In this document: positions 1 to 7,319 of the stretch, one piece after another
How positions within the stretch are numbered: position 1 is the first letter of the stretch
Layout: each line of letters starts with the position of its first letter
From: a virus
Taxonomy: Duplodnaviria; Heunggongvirae; Uroviricota; Caudoviricetes
DNA: 8,464 nt
IMG/VR virus record: IMGVR_UViG_2667527591_000013
Strand: one strand, 5' to 3'
Notes under the pieces: model-generated
Seen by the model: the letters and a program-made list of their open reading frames with translations, nothing else
Database searches by the model: none
What the model was told of the DNA's origin: nothing
Translations under genes and position numbers: made by a program

Positions 1-99
1 CCTGACGGCGAAATGATGATGTAACCATGCGCAGGGGCTGTCGGTGTGAGCTGATGCCCCTCTTGTTGTTGTGAGCTTCCGGATTGCGGGAGACGGGGT

Positions 100-315
100 A
101 TGTACCAGATGGAAAAAATCACAACAGGTGTGTCATACACCACGTCAGCGGTGGGGACGGGCTACTGGTTCCTGCAGCTGCTGGACAGGGTTTCCCCGTC
201 TCAGTGGGCGGCAATAGGCGTACTGGGAAGTCTGCTGTTTGGGCTGCTGACATATCTGACTAACCTGTATTTCAAAATCAGAGAGGACCGTCGTAAGGCG
301 GCGCGGGGAGAGTAA
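100..315 (+). CDS. Class II holin (pinholin), phage 21 S / EssD-like
   Basis: 71-aa ORF starting ATG at 100 with a G-rich SD-like stretch (GGAGACGGGG) upstream. Translation [71 protein letters not shown] has two short hydrophobic segments and a charged C-terminus, closely resembling phage 21 S and E. coli prophage Ess holins as I recall them. Met1 and Met4 form a dual-start motif. The stop lies 4 nt before the next ORF. Confidence 0.85.
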   Translation: MYQMEKITTGVSYTTSAVGTGYWFLQLLDRVSPSQWAAIGVLGSLLFGLLTYLTNLYFKIREDRRKAARGE

Positions 316-319
316 AGCG

Positions 320-664
320 ATGAAGAAAAAATACGAACTGGTTGTTAAAGGGATAAATAATTACCCGAATAAGATTACTGTTACTGTGGCACTGGAAATT
401 GGTGGGTATCCGTCACTGTTGTTGCCAGATGTGGCGATTAGTCTTGACCGTACTGAAGATGCCACGCTGGAGTTTTACGAAGCTGAGGCGAAAAAGCAGG
501 CGAAGCAGTTTTTCATGGATGTTGCTGCCGGGTTATGTGAAGGGGATGGTCCGTTGCCGGAAAAGCGCCCCGTAATTTTAGAGGCGCAGGATGTGTTGAT
601 AACCTACAGAGGAAAACTACCGGGAATAATTACTGGTTCTCTGAAGACTCCACCGCTGGCCTGA
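320..664 (+). CDS. Hypothetical protein in lysis cassette, between holin and endolysin (possibly YdfR/DUF1327-like)
   Basis: 114-aa ORF with GGGGAGAG SD-like sequence 8-9 nt upstream of the ATG at 320, tightly coupled to the holin stop. Its position between holin and lysozyme matches the essQ-ydfR-rrrQ arrangement in E. coli lambdoid prophages. The family name is from positional memory only, not a verified match. Confidence 0.6.
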   Translation: MKKKYELVVKGINNYPNKITVTVALEIGGYPSLLLPDVAISLDRTEDATLEFYEAEAKKQAKQFFMDVAAGLCEGDGPLPEKRPVILEAQDVLITYRGKLPGIITGSLKTPPLA

Positions 665-714
665 AGACTTAACATATCCAGGGATTTGAAATCGATAAAC
701 CCTGATAAATATCC

Positions 715-1752
715 ATGAACACCAAAATCAAATACGGCCTGTCGGCTGCCGTTCTGGCGCTGATTGCCGCAGGTGCGCCTGCGCCTGAAATCCTCGACCA
801 GTTTCTGGATGAAAAGGAAGGTAACCACACCACGGCATACCGTGATGGCGCGGGTATCTGGACCATCTGCCGCGGTGCCATCCTGGTGGATAGTAAACCT
901 GTCGTTCCGGGCATGAAGTTGTCGAAGGAAAAATGCGACCAGGTTAACGCCATTGAGCGTGATAAAGCGCTGGCGTGGGTGGAGAAAAACATCAGAGTGC
1001 CGCTGACCGAACCCCAGAAAGCGGGGATCGCGTCATTCTGTCCGTACAACATTGGTCCCGGTAAGTGTTTCCCGTCGACGTTTTACAGACGAATTAATGC
1101 TGGTGATCGCAGGGGAGCATGCGAGGCGATTCGCTGGTGGATTAAGGACGGTGAGCGGTATTTTTTCTGTAATGAGCTGAATGAAAAAGGGGAGCCGGTC
1201 ACCTGGCAGGGGCGGCAATATCAGGCGTACCCGATTGAGGGGAGTGGCTTTGAGATGAACGGAAAGGGCAGCAGTGCCCGCCCGTCGCTGACGGTGTCCA
1301 ATCTTTTCGGCCTTGTCACCGGAATGGCGGAGGATTTGCAGAGCCTGGTGGGGGCCACGGTGGTCCGCCGCCGGGTGTATGCCCGTTTTCTGGATGCGGT
1401 GAATTTCGTTGCGGGCAATCCGGAAGCGGACCCGGAGCAGGAGCTGAGTGACCGCTGGGTGGTGGAGCAGATGTCGCAGCTGACAGCCATGACGGCCTCG
1501 TTTGTGCTGGCCACACCGACCGAGACGGACGGGGCGCTGTTTCCCGGTCGTATCATGCTGGCGAACACCTGTATGTGGACCTACCGCTCTGATGAGTGTG
1601 GTTACACGGGCGGGGCTGTGGCGGATGAGTTCGATAAACCCACCACGGATATCCGTAAGGACAGATGCAGCAAGTGCATGCGCGGGTGTGAACTGCGCAG
1701 GAATGTCGGCAATTTTGGCGGTTTCCTTTCCATTAATAAACTTTCGCAGTAA
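715..1752 (+). CDS. Chimeric ORF: N-terminal SAR-type GH24 phage lysozyme domain (about nt 715-1152) fused in frame to tail-tip protein L (about nt 1153-1752)
   Basis: Residues 1-146 (MNTKIKYGLSAAVLALIAAGAPAP...GACEAIRWWIKDG) have a Gly/Ala-rich SAR-like N-terminal segment and a T4-lysozyme-type E-x8-D-x5-T catalytic spacing (E35, D44, T50), resembling RrrD/RrrQ/R21 endolysins. Residues 147-345 (ERYFFCNELNEKGEPVTWQGRQYQ...NVGNFGGFLSINKLSQ) align nearly colinearly with lambda L from about its residue 33 to its C-terminus, including the C-terminal cysteines. The lysozyme part lacks the last 20 or so residues of typical endolysins. Confidence 0.8.
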   Translation: MNTKIKYGLSAAVLALIAAGAPAPEILDQFLDEKEGNHTTAYRDGAGIWTICRGAILVDSKPVVPGMKLSKEKCDQVNAIERDKALAWVEKNIRVPLTEPQKAGIASFCPYNIGPGKCFPSTFYRRINAGDRRGACEAIRWWIKDGERYFFCNELNEKGEPVTWQGRQYQAYPIEGSGFEMNGKGSSARPSLTVSNLFGLVTGMAEDLQSLVGATVVRRRVYARFLDAVNFVAGNPEADPEQELSDRWVVEQMSQLTAMTASFVLATPTETDGALFPGRIMLANTCMWTYRSDECGYTGGAVADEFDKPTTDIRKDRCSKCMRGCELRRNVGNFGGFLSINKLSQ

Positions 1753-1757
1753 ATCCC

Positions 1758-2501
1758 ATGACAGAGACAGAATCAGCGATTCTGGCGCATGCCCGGCGGT
1801 GTGCGCCTGCGGAGTCGTGCGGCTTCGTGATAAGCACGCCGGAGGGGGAGCGGTATATCCCTTGTGTGAATATTTCCGCAGAGCCGGAGGCGTATTTTCG
1901 TATCGCACCGGAAGACTGGCTGCGGGCAGAGATGCAGGGGGAGATTGTGGCACTGGTCCACAGTCATCCCGGTGGACTGCCCTGGCTGAGCGAGGCCGAC
2001 CGGCGGCTGCAGATAAAAAGCGCACTGCCCTGGTGGCTGGTCAGCCGGGGTGACATTCACAAATTCCGCTGCGTTCCGCACCTGACGGGACGGCGCTTTG
2101 CGCACGGGGTGACGGACTGTTACACGCTGTTCCGGGATGCATACCATCTGGCAGGCATTGATATGCCGGATTTTCATCGCGGGGATGACTGGTGGTGCAA
2201 CGGTCAGAACCTTTACCTGGACAATATGGAGGCAACGGGCTTTTACCGGGTGCCCCTGTCCTCTGCACTGCCGGGCGATATCCTGCTGTGCTGCTTCGGC
2301 GCATCGGTGGCTAATCATGCCGCCATTTACTGCGGCAACGGTGAGCTGCTTCACCATCTGCCTGAACAGCTGAGTAAACGGGAGAGGTATTCCGAAAAAT
2401 GGCAACGACGAACGCATTCTGTCTGGCGTCACCGCCACTGGCACGCATCTGCCTTCACGGGGATTTACAACGATTTGGCCGCCGCCTCAGCCTGTATGTG
2501 A
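1758..2501 (+). CDS. K: Tail tip assembly protein K (JAMM/MPN plus NlpC/P60 domains)
   Basis: 247-aa ORF starting 5 nt after the L stop. It contains the JAMM motif HSHPGGLPWLSEAD (H-x-H-x7-S-x2-D) and an NlpC/P60-like Cys (GVTDCYTLF) with a downstream His (NHAAIY). It matches lambda K from memory (EIVALVHSHPGGLPWLSEADRRLQ, HKFRCVPHLTGRRF). The true start may be internal. It overlaps I by 103 nt in another frame, as lambda K and I overlap. Confidence 0.9.
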   Translation: MTETESAILAHARRCAPAESCGFVISTPEGERYIPCVNISAEPEAYFRIAPEDWLRAEMQGEIVALVHSHPGGLPWLSEADRRLQIKSALPWWLVSRGDIHKFRCVPHLTGRRFAHGVTDCYTLFRDAYHLAGIDMPDFHRGDDWWCNGQNLYLDNMEATGFYRVPLSSALPGDILLCCFGASVANHAAIYCGNGELLHHLPEQLSKRERYSEKWQRRTHSVWRHRHWHASAFTGIYNDLAAASACM

Positions 2502-3079
2502 ACACGGCAGCGGAAGCCATCCGCGCACTGTCGATGCAGGTGCCGGGCTTTCGCCGTCAGATGAACGAAGGCTGGTACCAGATACGCATTGCCGGTGAGG
2601 ATACGGCACCGGAGGCGGTGTATGCCCGCCTTCACGAACCACTGAGTGAGGGAACGGTTATCCATATTGTGCCGCGACTGGCCGGGGCCGGAAAGGGAGG
2701 ACTGCAGATTGTGCTGGGGGCGGCAGCCATCGTGGGCTCTTTCCTCACTGCCGGTGCCTCGATGGCGTTATGGGGTACAGCCCTGAGTGCCGGCGGTTTT
2801 TCTGCCACCACGATGCTGTTTTCACTGGGGGCCAGCATGATTCTGGGTGGTGTGGCCCAGATGCTGGCCCCGAAGGCAAAAACACCGGATTACCGCGCAA
2901 CGGATAACGGCAGACAGAACACGTATTTTTCGTCACTGGACAACATGATTGCCCAGGGTAACCCGATGCCGGTGCCTTACGGGGAAATGCTGGTTGGCTC
3001 CCGCCGTATATCCCAGGACATCAGTACCCGTGATGAAGGCGGGTGCGGAAAGGTCGTGGTTATCGGGCGGCAGGGGTAA
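2399..3079 (+). CDS. I: Tail tip assembly protein I
   Basis: 226-aa ORF. Motifs ARICLHGDLQRFGRR, GWYQIRIAG, VIHIVPRLAGAGKGG, FSLGASMILGGVAQMLAPKAKTP and NTYFSSLDNMIAQGN parallel lambda I as recalled. The hydrophobic Gly/Ala-rich central segment is typical of this protein. Confidence 0.9.
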   Translation: MATTNAFCLASPPLARICLHGDLQRFGRRLSLYVNTAAEAIRALSMQVPGFRRQMNEGWYQIRIAGEDTAPEAVYARLHEPLSEGTVIHIVPRLAGAGKGGLQIVLGAAAIVGSFLTAGASMALWGTALSAGGFSATTMLFSLGASMILGGVAQMLAPKAKTPDYRATDNGRQNTYFSSLDNMIAQGNPMPVPYGEMLVGSRRISQDISTRDEGGCGKVVVIGRQG

Positions 3080-3085
3080 AAAGAA

Positions 3086-3180
3086 TAAAAAAATCCCGCA
3101 GTGATCGCGGAGCTGCGGGGACAGACAAAGATTAGAGTTAAGGAGTTGTTTTTGTTACTCGGGCAAAAAAACACTAACGC
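3086..3180 (-). ncRNA. Candidate small RNA (about 95 nt), antisense, in the I-J intergenic insert
   Basis: It lies between the candidate promoter and the minus-strand terminator. There is no start codon with an SD on the minus strand in this interval. The predicted RNA contains a second internal hairpin (GTTTTT...AAAAAC) and a CUCCUU stretch. Ends are approximate. Confidence 0.3.
3095..3119 (-). terminator. Intrinsic terminator, minus-strand oriented, immediately after the I stop codon
   Basis: Perfect 7-bp stem CCCGCAG(3095-3101)/CTGCGGG(3113-3119) with an 11-nt loop. On the minus strand the stem is followed by ATTTTTTTATTCTTT (complement of + 3080-3094). On the + strand the downstream sequence is not T-rich. 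Confidence 0.6.
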
Positions 3181-3186
3181 AGCGAA

Positions 3187-3214
3187 ATTATACGCGCCAC
3201 AGTCAGTTTGTGAA
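3187..3214 (-). promoter_or_regulatory. Candidate sigma70 promoter on minus strand (-35 TTCACA, 16-bp spacer, -10 TATAAT)
   Basis: The minus strand reads TTCACA (complement of + 3209-3214), a 16-nt spacer, then consensus TATAAT (complement of + 3187-3192). It points leftward toward the terminator at 3095-3119. Confidence 0.4.
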
Positions 3215-3286
3215 AATGTGAAGATATTCAGAATTTTTATGCCATTACCGGTTTTTACCAACAGGATTATCGGTGGACATGAAAGA

Positions 3287-3322
3287 AAACCCCGGTATCT
3301 GCTGATACCGGGGTTTCTCTTT
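3287..3322. terminator. Bidirectional hairpin terminator in the I-J intergenic insert
   Basis: Perfect 12-bp inverted repeat AAACCCCGGTAT(3287-3298)/ATACCGGGGTTT(3305-3316) with a 6-nt loop CTGCTG. The + strand continues TTTCTCTTT; the minus strand continues TTTTCTTTC. Confidence 0.6.
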
Positions 3323-3419
3323 AGCATGGCAGAAATGTGTTTCATGCTTTTCGGGCGAAGGATATCCGACTTCTGTACGGAATGGCAAGTGGCGGTTAAT
3401 TTATTCAGGGGAAGGCTGT

Positions 3420-6400
3420 ATGGGAAAAGGTGGCGGTAAGGCACACACGCCTCGTGAGGCGAAGGATAATCTCAAATCCACGCAGATGATGAGCGTGATT
3501 GATGCGGTTGGTGAGGGACCGATAGAAGGCCCGGTGAAGGGACTGCAGAGTATCCTGGTGAACAAAACCCCGCTGACGGACACGGACGGTAATCCCGTGA
3601 TACACGGTGTGACGGCGGTCTGGCGCGCCGGGGAGCAGGAGCAGACACCACCGGAAGGCTTTGAGTCCTCCGGAGCTGAAACTGTACTGGGCGTGGAAGT
3701 GACGAAGGCAAAACCGGTGACGCGCACCATTACGTCCGCGAACATTGACCGCCTGCGGGTTACCTTCGGGGTGCAGTCACTGGTGCAGACCACGTCAAAG
3801 GGTGACCGAAACCCGACATCCGTCCGCCTGCTGATTCAGTTACAGCGTAACGGTAACTGGGTGACAGAAAAGGATGTCACCATTAACGGCAAGACCACCT
3901 CGCAGTTTCTGGCGTCGGTGATTCTGGATAATCTGCCTCCCCGTCCTTTTAACATCCGGATGGTCCGGGAGACGGCGGACAGCACCACGGACCAGTTGCA
4001 GAACAGAACACTCTGGTCATCGTACACCGAAATCATCGATGTGAAACAGTGCTACCCGAACACGGCGATTGTGGGGCTGCAGGTGGATGCGGAGCAGTTC
4101 GGTGGTCAGCAGATGACGGTGAACTACCATATCCGCGGTCGCATCATCCAGGTGCCGTCAAACTATGACCCGGAAAAACGCACCTACAGCGGTATCTGGG
4201 ACGGCAGTCTGAAACCGGCATACAGCAACAACCCGGCCTGGTGCCTGTGGGACATGCTGACTCACCCGCGCTACGGGATGGGAAAACGCCTGGGGGCGGC
4301 GGATGTGGACAAGTGGGCGCTGTATGCCATCGGGCAGTACTGCGACCAGACGGTCCCGGATGGTTTCGGGGGCACAGAGCCGCGGATGACCTTTAATGCG
4401 TACCTGGCACAACAGCGTAAGGCGTGGGACGTTCTCAGTGATTTCTGCTCGGCGATGCGCTGTATGCCGGTATGGAACGGCCAGACGCTGACGTTCGTTC
4501 AGGACCGCCAGTCGGATGTGGTGTGGCCGTACACGAACAGCGATGTGGTGGTGGATGATAACGGCGTGGGGTTCCGCTACAGCTTCAGTGCCCTGAAGGA
4601 CCGGCACACGGCGGTGGAGGTGAATTACACCGACCCGCAGAACGGCTGGCAGACCTCCACGGAACTGGTGGAAGACCCGGAAGCCATACTGCGCTACGGA
4701 CGCAACCTGCTGAAGATGGATGCGTTCGGCTGCACCAGTCGCGGTCAGGCCCACCGTGCCGGGCTGTGGGTGATAAAGACAGAACTGCTGGAAACGCAGA
4801 CGGTGGATTTCACACTCGGGTCACAGGGGCTGCGGCACACACCGGGTGACATTATTGAAATCTGTGATAACGACTATGCCGGGACTATGACCGGCGGACG
4901 TATCCTGTCCATTGATGCTGCCACCCGCACCCTGACGCTGGACCGTGAGGTTACCCTGCCGGAGACAGGTACATCGGCGGTGAACCTGATTAACGGCAGC
5001 GGTAAGCCGGTGAGTGTGGACATCACCGCACACCCCGCGCCGGACCGGATACAGGTCAGTACCCTGCCTGATGGTGTGGAGACATACGGTGTGTGGGGAC
5101 TCTCCCTGCCGTCACTGCGCCGTCGCCTGTTCCGCTGTGTCTCCATCCGGGAAAACACGGACGGCACCTTTGCCATCACGGCGGTGCAGCACGTACCGGA
5201 AAAAGAAGCCATTGTGGATAACGGAGCCCGCTTTGAGCCGCAGTCAGGCACCCTGAACAGCGTTATCCCACCGGCAGTACAGCACCTCACGGTGGAGGTG
5301 AGCGCAGCTGACAGCCAGTATCTGGCGCTGGCGAAATGGGACACGCCGAGGGTGGTGAAGGGCGTGCGCTTCAGTCTGCGCCTGACCAGTGGAAGCGATG
5401 AGAACAGCCGCCTGCTGACCACCGCCATCACTGCCGATACGGAGCACCGTTTCAGTGGCCTGCCTCTCGGGGAATACACCCTGACGGTCAGGGCGATAAA
5501 CAGCTACGGCCAGCAGGGCGAACCCGCCACCACCACGTTCCGGATTAACGCACCGGCAGCGCCTGCCGGTGTTGAACTGACGCCGGGGTATTTTCAGATA
5601 ACGGCAGTCCCGAAACTGACCATTTATGACCCGACGGTGCAGTTTGAGTTCTGGTTTTCGGAGGCAAAAATTGCAGACGCCGCACAGGTGGAAACCTCTG
5701 CCCGTTATCTGGGGACCGGCAGTCAGTGGAGTGTCTCCGGTCCGCACATTAAGCCCGGAAAGGATTTCTGGTTTTATGTGCGCAGCGTCAACCTGGTGGG
5801 TAAATCTGCTTTTGTGGAAGCCAGTGGACGGGCGAGCAATGATGCTGCGGGCTATCTGGAACTTTTCCGGGAAAAGATAGGAAAAACGCATCTGGCAGAG
5901 GCGCTGTGGGCAGAGATTGACAACAGTCAGCTGAAGGACGAGATGGCGGAAATGCAGACCACCATCACAGAAACCCGCAATGAAATCACACAGACGGTCA
6001 GTAAAACGCTGGAGGACCAGAGCGCCACCATACAGCAGATACAGCGCGTGCAGAAGGACACAAATGATGACCTTGCTGCACTTTACATGCTGAAGGTACA
6101 GAAAACAAAAAATGGCATACCCTATGTTGCCGGTATTGGAGCGGGGATTGAGGATACTGATGGCCAGCCCCTGAGCAACATACTGCTGCTGGCTGACCGT
6201 ATTGCGATGATTAACCCGGAGGACGGCAACACCACGCCGTTATTTGTGGCGCAGGGGAATCAGTTGTTCATGAACGATGTGTTCCTGAAGCGGCTGTTTG
6301 CGGTGAGTATCACCTCGTCCGGCAATCCCCCTACGTTCTCCCTGACGCCGGAAGGCAGGCTGACGGCCCGTAATGCGGATATCAGCGGACATATCAGTGC

Positions 6401-6950
6401 GAACTCGGGCACGCTGAATAATGTCGTGATAGCGGAGAACTGTACCATCAAAGGTACTCTGAGAGCGGAAAATATCATTGGCGATGTGGTGAAAACGCAC
6501 AATGTCAGTCTTCCTGATCTCAGGGCTGCAGGGGAGCACAGACACGCGACAGAACGAACGGTTACTGTCATTGATGATCAGTCGTTTGACCGGAATATTG
6601 TTATCCCGCCGGTTTTTTATTCCGGTATTATCTACAAAGGAAGTGATGGTGACGGTGCGACCTCAATCTGTACGCTGACGGTGAGTGTGAATGATCGGGT
6701 GGTGTTCAGCAAAACCTCATCCATCGGTACCAGGCGTACGTCAGGGGGATACCCCGTTCAGGAAGACACCATATATCCCGGGTCATCCACTCCGTTCAGC
6801 TATTTCATGAGGATGGCGTCAGGGGGAGGTGATGTCAGGATCAAGTTCCGGATTGAGGTCATCTATTATGGAACTGCACCGGGTTTTATGACCACAGGGA
6901 TACAGATCACAACGATGAAGGCGTCAGCTTCAGGATTTGTGGAAAGTTAA
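3420..6950 (+). CDS. J: Central tail fiber / host specificity protein J (tail tip attachment protein)
   Basis: 1176-aa ORF with GGAAGG SD 6-7 nt upstream of the ATG. It is colinear with lambda J (1132 aa) through the N-terminal and central regions ([22 protein letters not shown]..., [76 protein letters not shown]...NADISG...[14 protein letters not shown]). The last 150 or so residues (from about nt 6496) diverge from lambda's LamB-binding C-terminus. Confidence 0.95.
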   Translation: MGKGGGKAHTPREAKDNLKSTQMMSVIDAVGEGPIEGPVKGLQSILVNKTPLTDTDGNPVIHGVTAVWRAGEQEQTPPEGFESSGAETVLGVEVTKAKPVTRTITSANIDRLRVTFGVQSLVQTTSKGDRNPTSVRLLIQLQRNGNWVTEKDVTINGKTTSQFLASVILDNLPPRPFNIRMVRETADSTTDQLQNRTLWSSYTEIIDVKQCYPNTAIVGLQVDAEQFGGQQMTVNYHIRGRIIQVPSNYDPEKRTYSGIWDGSLKPAYSNNPAWCLWDMLTHPRYGMGKRLGAADVDKWALYAIGQYCDQTVPDGFGGTEPRMTFNAYLAQQRKAWDVLSDFCSAMRCMPVWNGQTLTFVQDRQSDVVWPYTNSDVVVDDNGVGFRYSFSALKDRHTAVEVNYTDPQNGWQTSTELVEDPEAILRYGRNLLKMDAFGCTSRGQAHRAGLWVIKTELLETQTVDFTLGSQGLRHTPGDIIEICDNDYAGTMTGGRILSIDAATRTLTLDREVTLPETGTSAVNLINGSGKPVSVDITAHPAPDRIQVSTLPDGVETYGVWGLSLPSLRRRLFRCVSIRENTDGTFAITAVQHVPEKEAIVDNGARFEPQSGTLNSVIPPAVQHLTVEVSAADSQYLALAKWDTPRVVKGVRFSLRLTSGSDENSRLLTTAITADTEHRFSGLPLGEYTLTVRAINSYGQQGEPATTTFRINAPAAPAGVELTPGYFQITAVPKLTIYDPTVQFEFWFSEAKIADAAQVETSARYLGTGSQWSVSGPHIKPGKDFWFYVRSVNLVGKSAFVEASGRASNDAAGYLELFREKIGKTHLAEALWAEIDNSQLKDEMAEMQTTITETRNEITQTVSKTLEDQSATIQQIQRVQKDTNDDLAALYMLKVQKTKNGIPYVAGIGAGIEDTDGQPLSNILLLADRIAMINPEDGNTTPLFVAQGNQLFMNDVFLKRLFAVSITSSGNPPTFSLTPEGRLTARNADISGHISANSGTLNNVVIAENCTIKGTLRAENIIGDVVKTHNVSLPDLRAAGEHRHATERTVTVIDDQSFDRNIVIPPVFYSGIIYKGSDGDGATSICTLTVSVNDRVVFSKTSSIGTRRTSGGYPVQEDTIYPGSSTPFSYFMRMASGGGDVRIKFRIEVIYYGTAPGFMTTGIQITTMKASASGFVES

Positions 6951-7271
6951 TCCCGGACGATCGTGATTGCCGGAAGGAGACAAAAACCGCACAGTATGCG
7001 CGGGTGCCTTTGGCTGATGGCCGGAGGGAACACCTGAAAGCCTGATGTGAAAAGGCCCCGAGTCAACTTCAATGTTAACCCGAGGCCCTGATCCGTCTAT
7101 CTTAAGCAAGTGGCAGGTTAGCGCCTCTCCGTAATAAGGAGCAAGTGCTGTGTCGCAAAAACCACCGTGATTTGTATCACTGTAGTGCTCATTATCTGGA
7201 TCACCCACCGTTCACTGTGTGAATTCCGGTTCCGGATAGCACCTTTTTAATCCTGTAAACCACGATTTTTA

Positions 7272-7306
7272 CCGCAGACCGGGAAACCGGCACTGCGGTT
7301 TTTTTT
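7272..7306 (+). terminator. Rho-independent terminator ending 14 nt upstream of the stf-like start codon
   Basis: Stem CCGCAG(7272-7277)/CTGCGG(7293-7298) enclosing an inner CCGG-GAAA-CCGG hairpin, followed by eight T's (7299-7306). Confidence 0.7.
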
Positions 7307-7319
7307 ATGGGGAAAATCT

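Noticed and set aside
1-24. Possible 3' end of an upstream gene (frame 1 stop TAA at 22-24), potentially the Q antiterminator
   Set aside because: Seven codons are too few to identify anything, and the expected pR'/qut region cannot be assessed in 99 bp.
1033-2025. 330-aa minus-strand ORF (and nested minus ORFs at 1221-1568 and 1316-1516) antisense to lysozyme::L and K
   Set aside because: It lies entirely antisense to two genes with strong family-level support. The Arg/Pro/Ala-rich, low-complexity translation is typical of open antisense frames in GC-rich coding DNA, and there is no SD.
1502-2053. 183-aa + strand ORF in an alternative frame overlapping the L/K boundary
   Set aside because: It lies out of frame within two well-supported genes and has a Cys/Arg-rich nonsense-like translation.
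3101-3439. 112-aa + strand ORF (and minus ORF 2977-3444) spanning the I-J intergenic insert, including an AAGGAG followed by TTG at 3152
   Set aside because: The ORF reads through both hairpin terminators and overlaps the J start, and its translation is low-complexity with no recognisable fold signature. A small protein moron cannot be fully excluded, but the sRNA and terminator interpretation fits better.
4158-5891. Several 200-aa-class minus-strand ORFs (4158-4754, 4874-5479, 5244-5891) inside J
   Set aside because: They are antisense shadow ORFs within the well-supported J gene, with Arg/His/Pro-rich translations and no independent signals.
6930-7208. 92-aa minus-strand ORF in the J-stf spacer
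   Set aside because: It has a GTG start with no SD and overlaps the 3' end of J, with nothing recognisable in its translation.
7134-7222. Small + strand ORF (about 25 aa) after a TAAGGAG motif in the J-stf spacer
   Set aside because: Only a GTG sits 3 nt after the SD-like motif, which is too close for efficient initiation, and a peptide this short with no conservation evidence is unsupportable.
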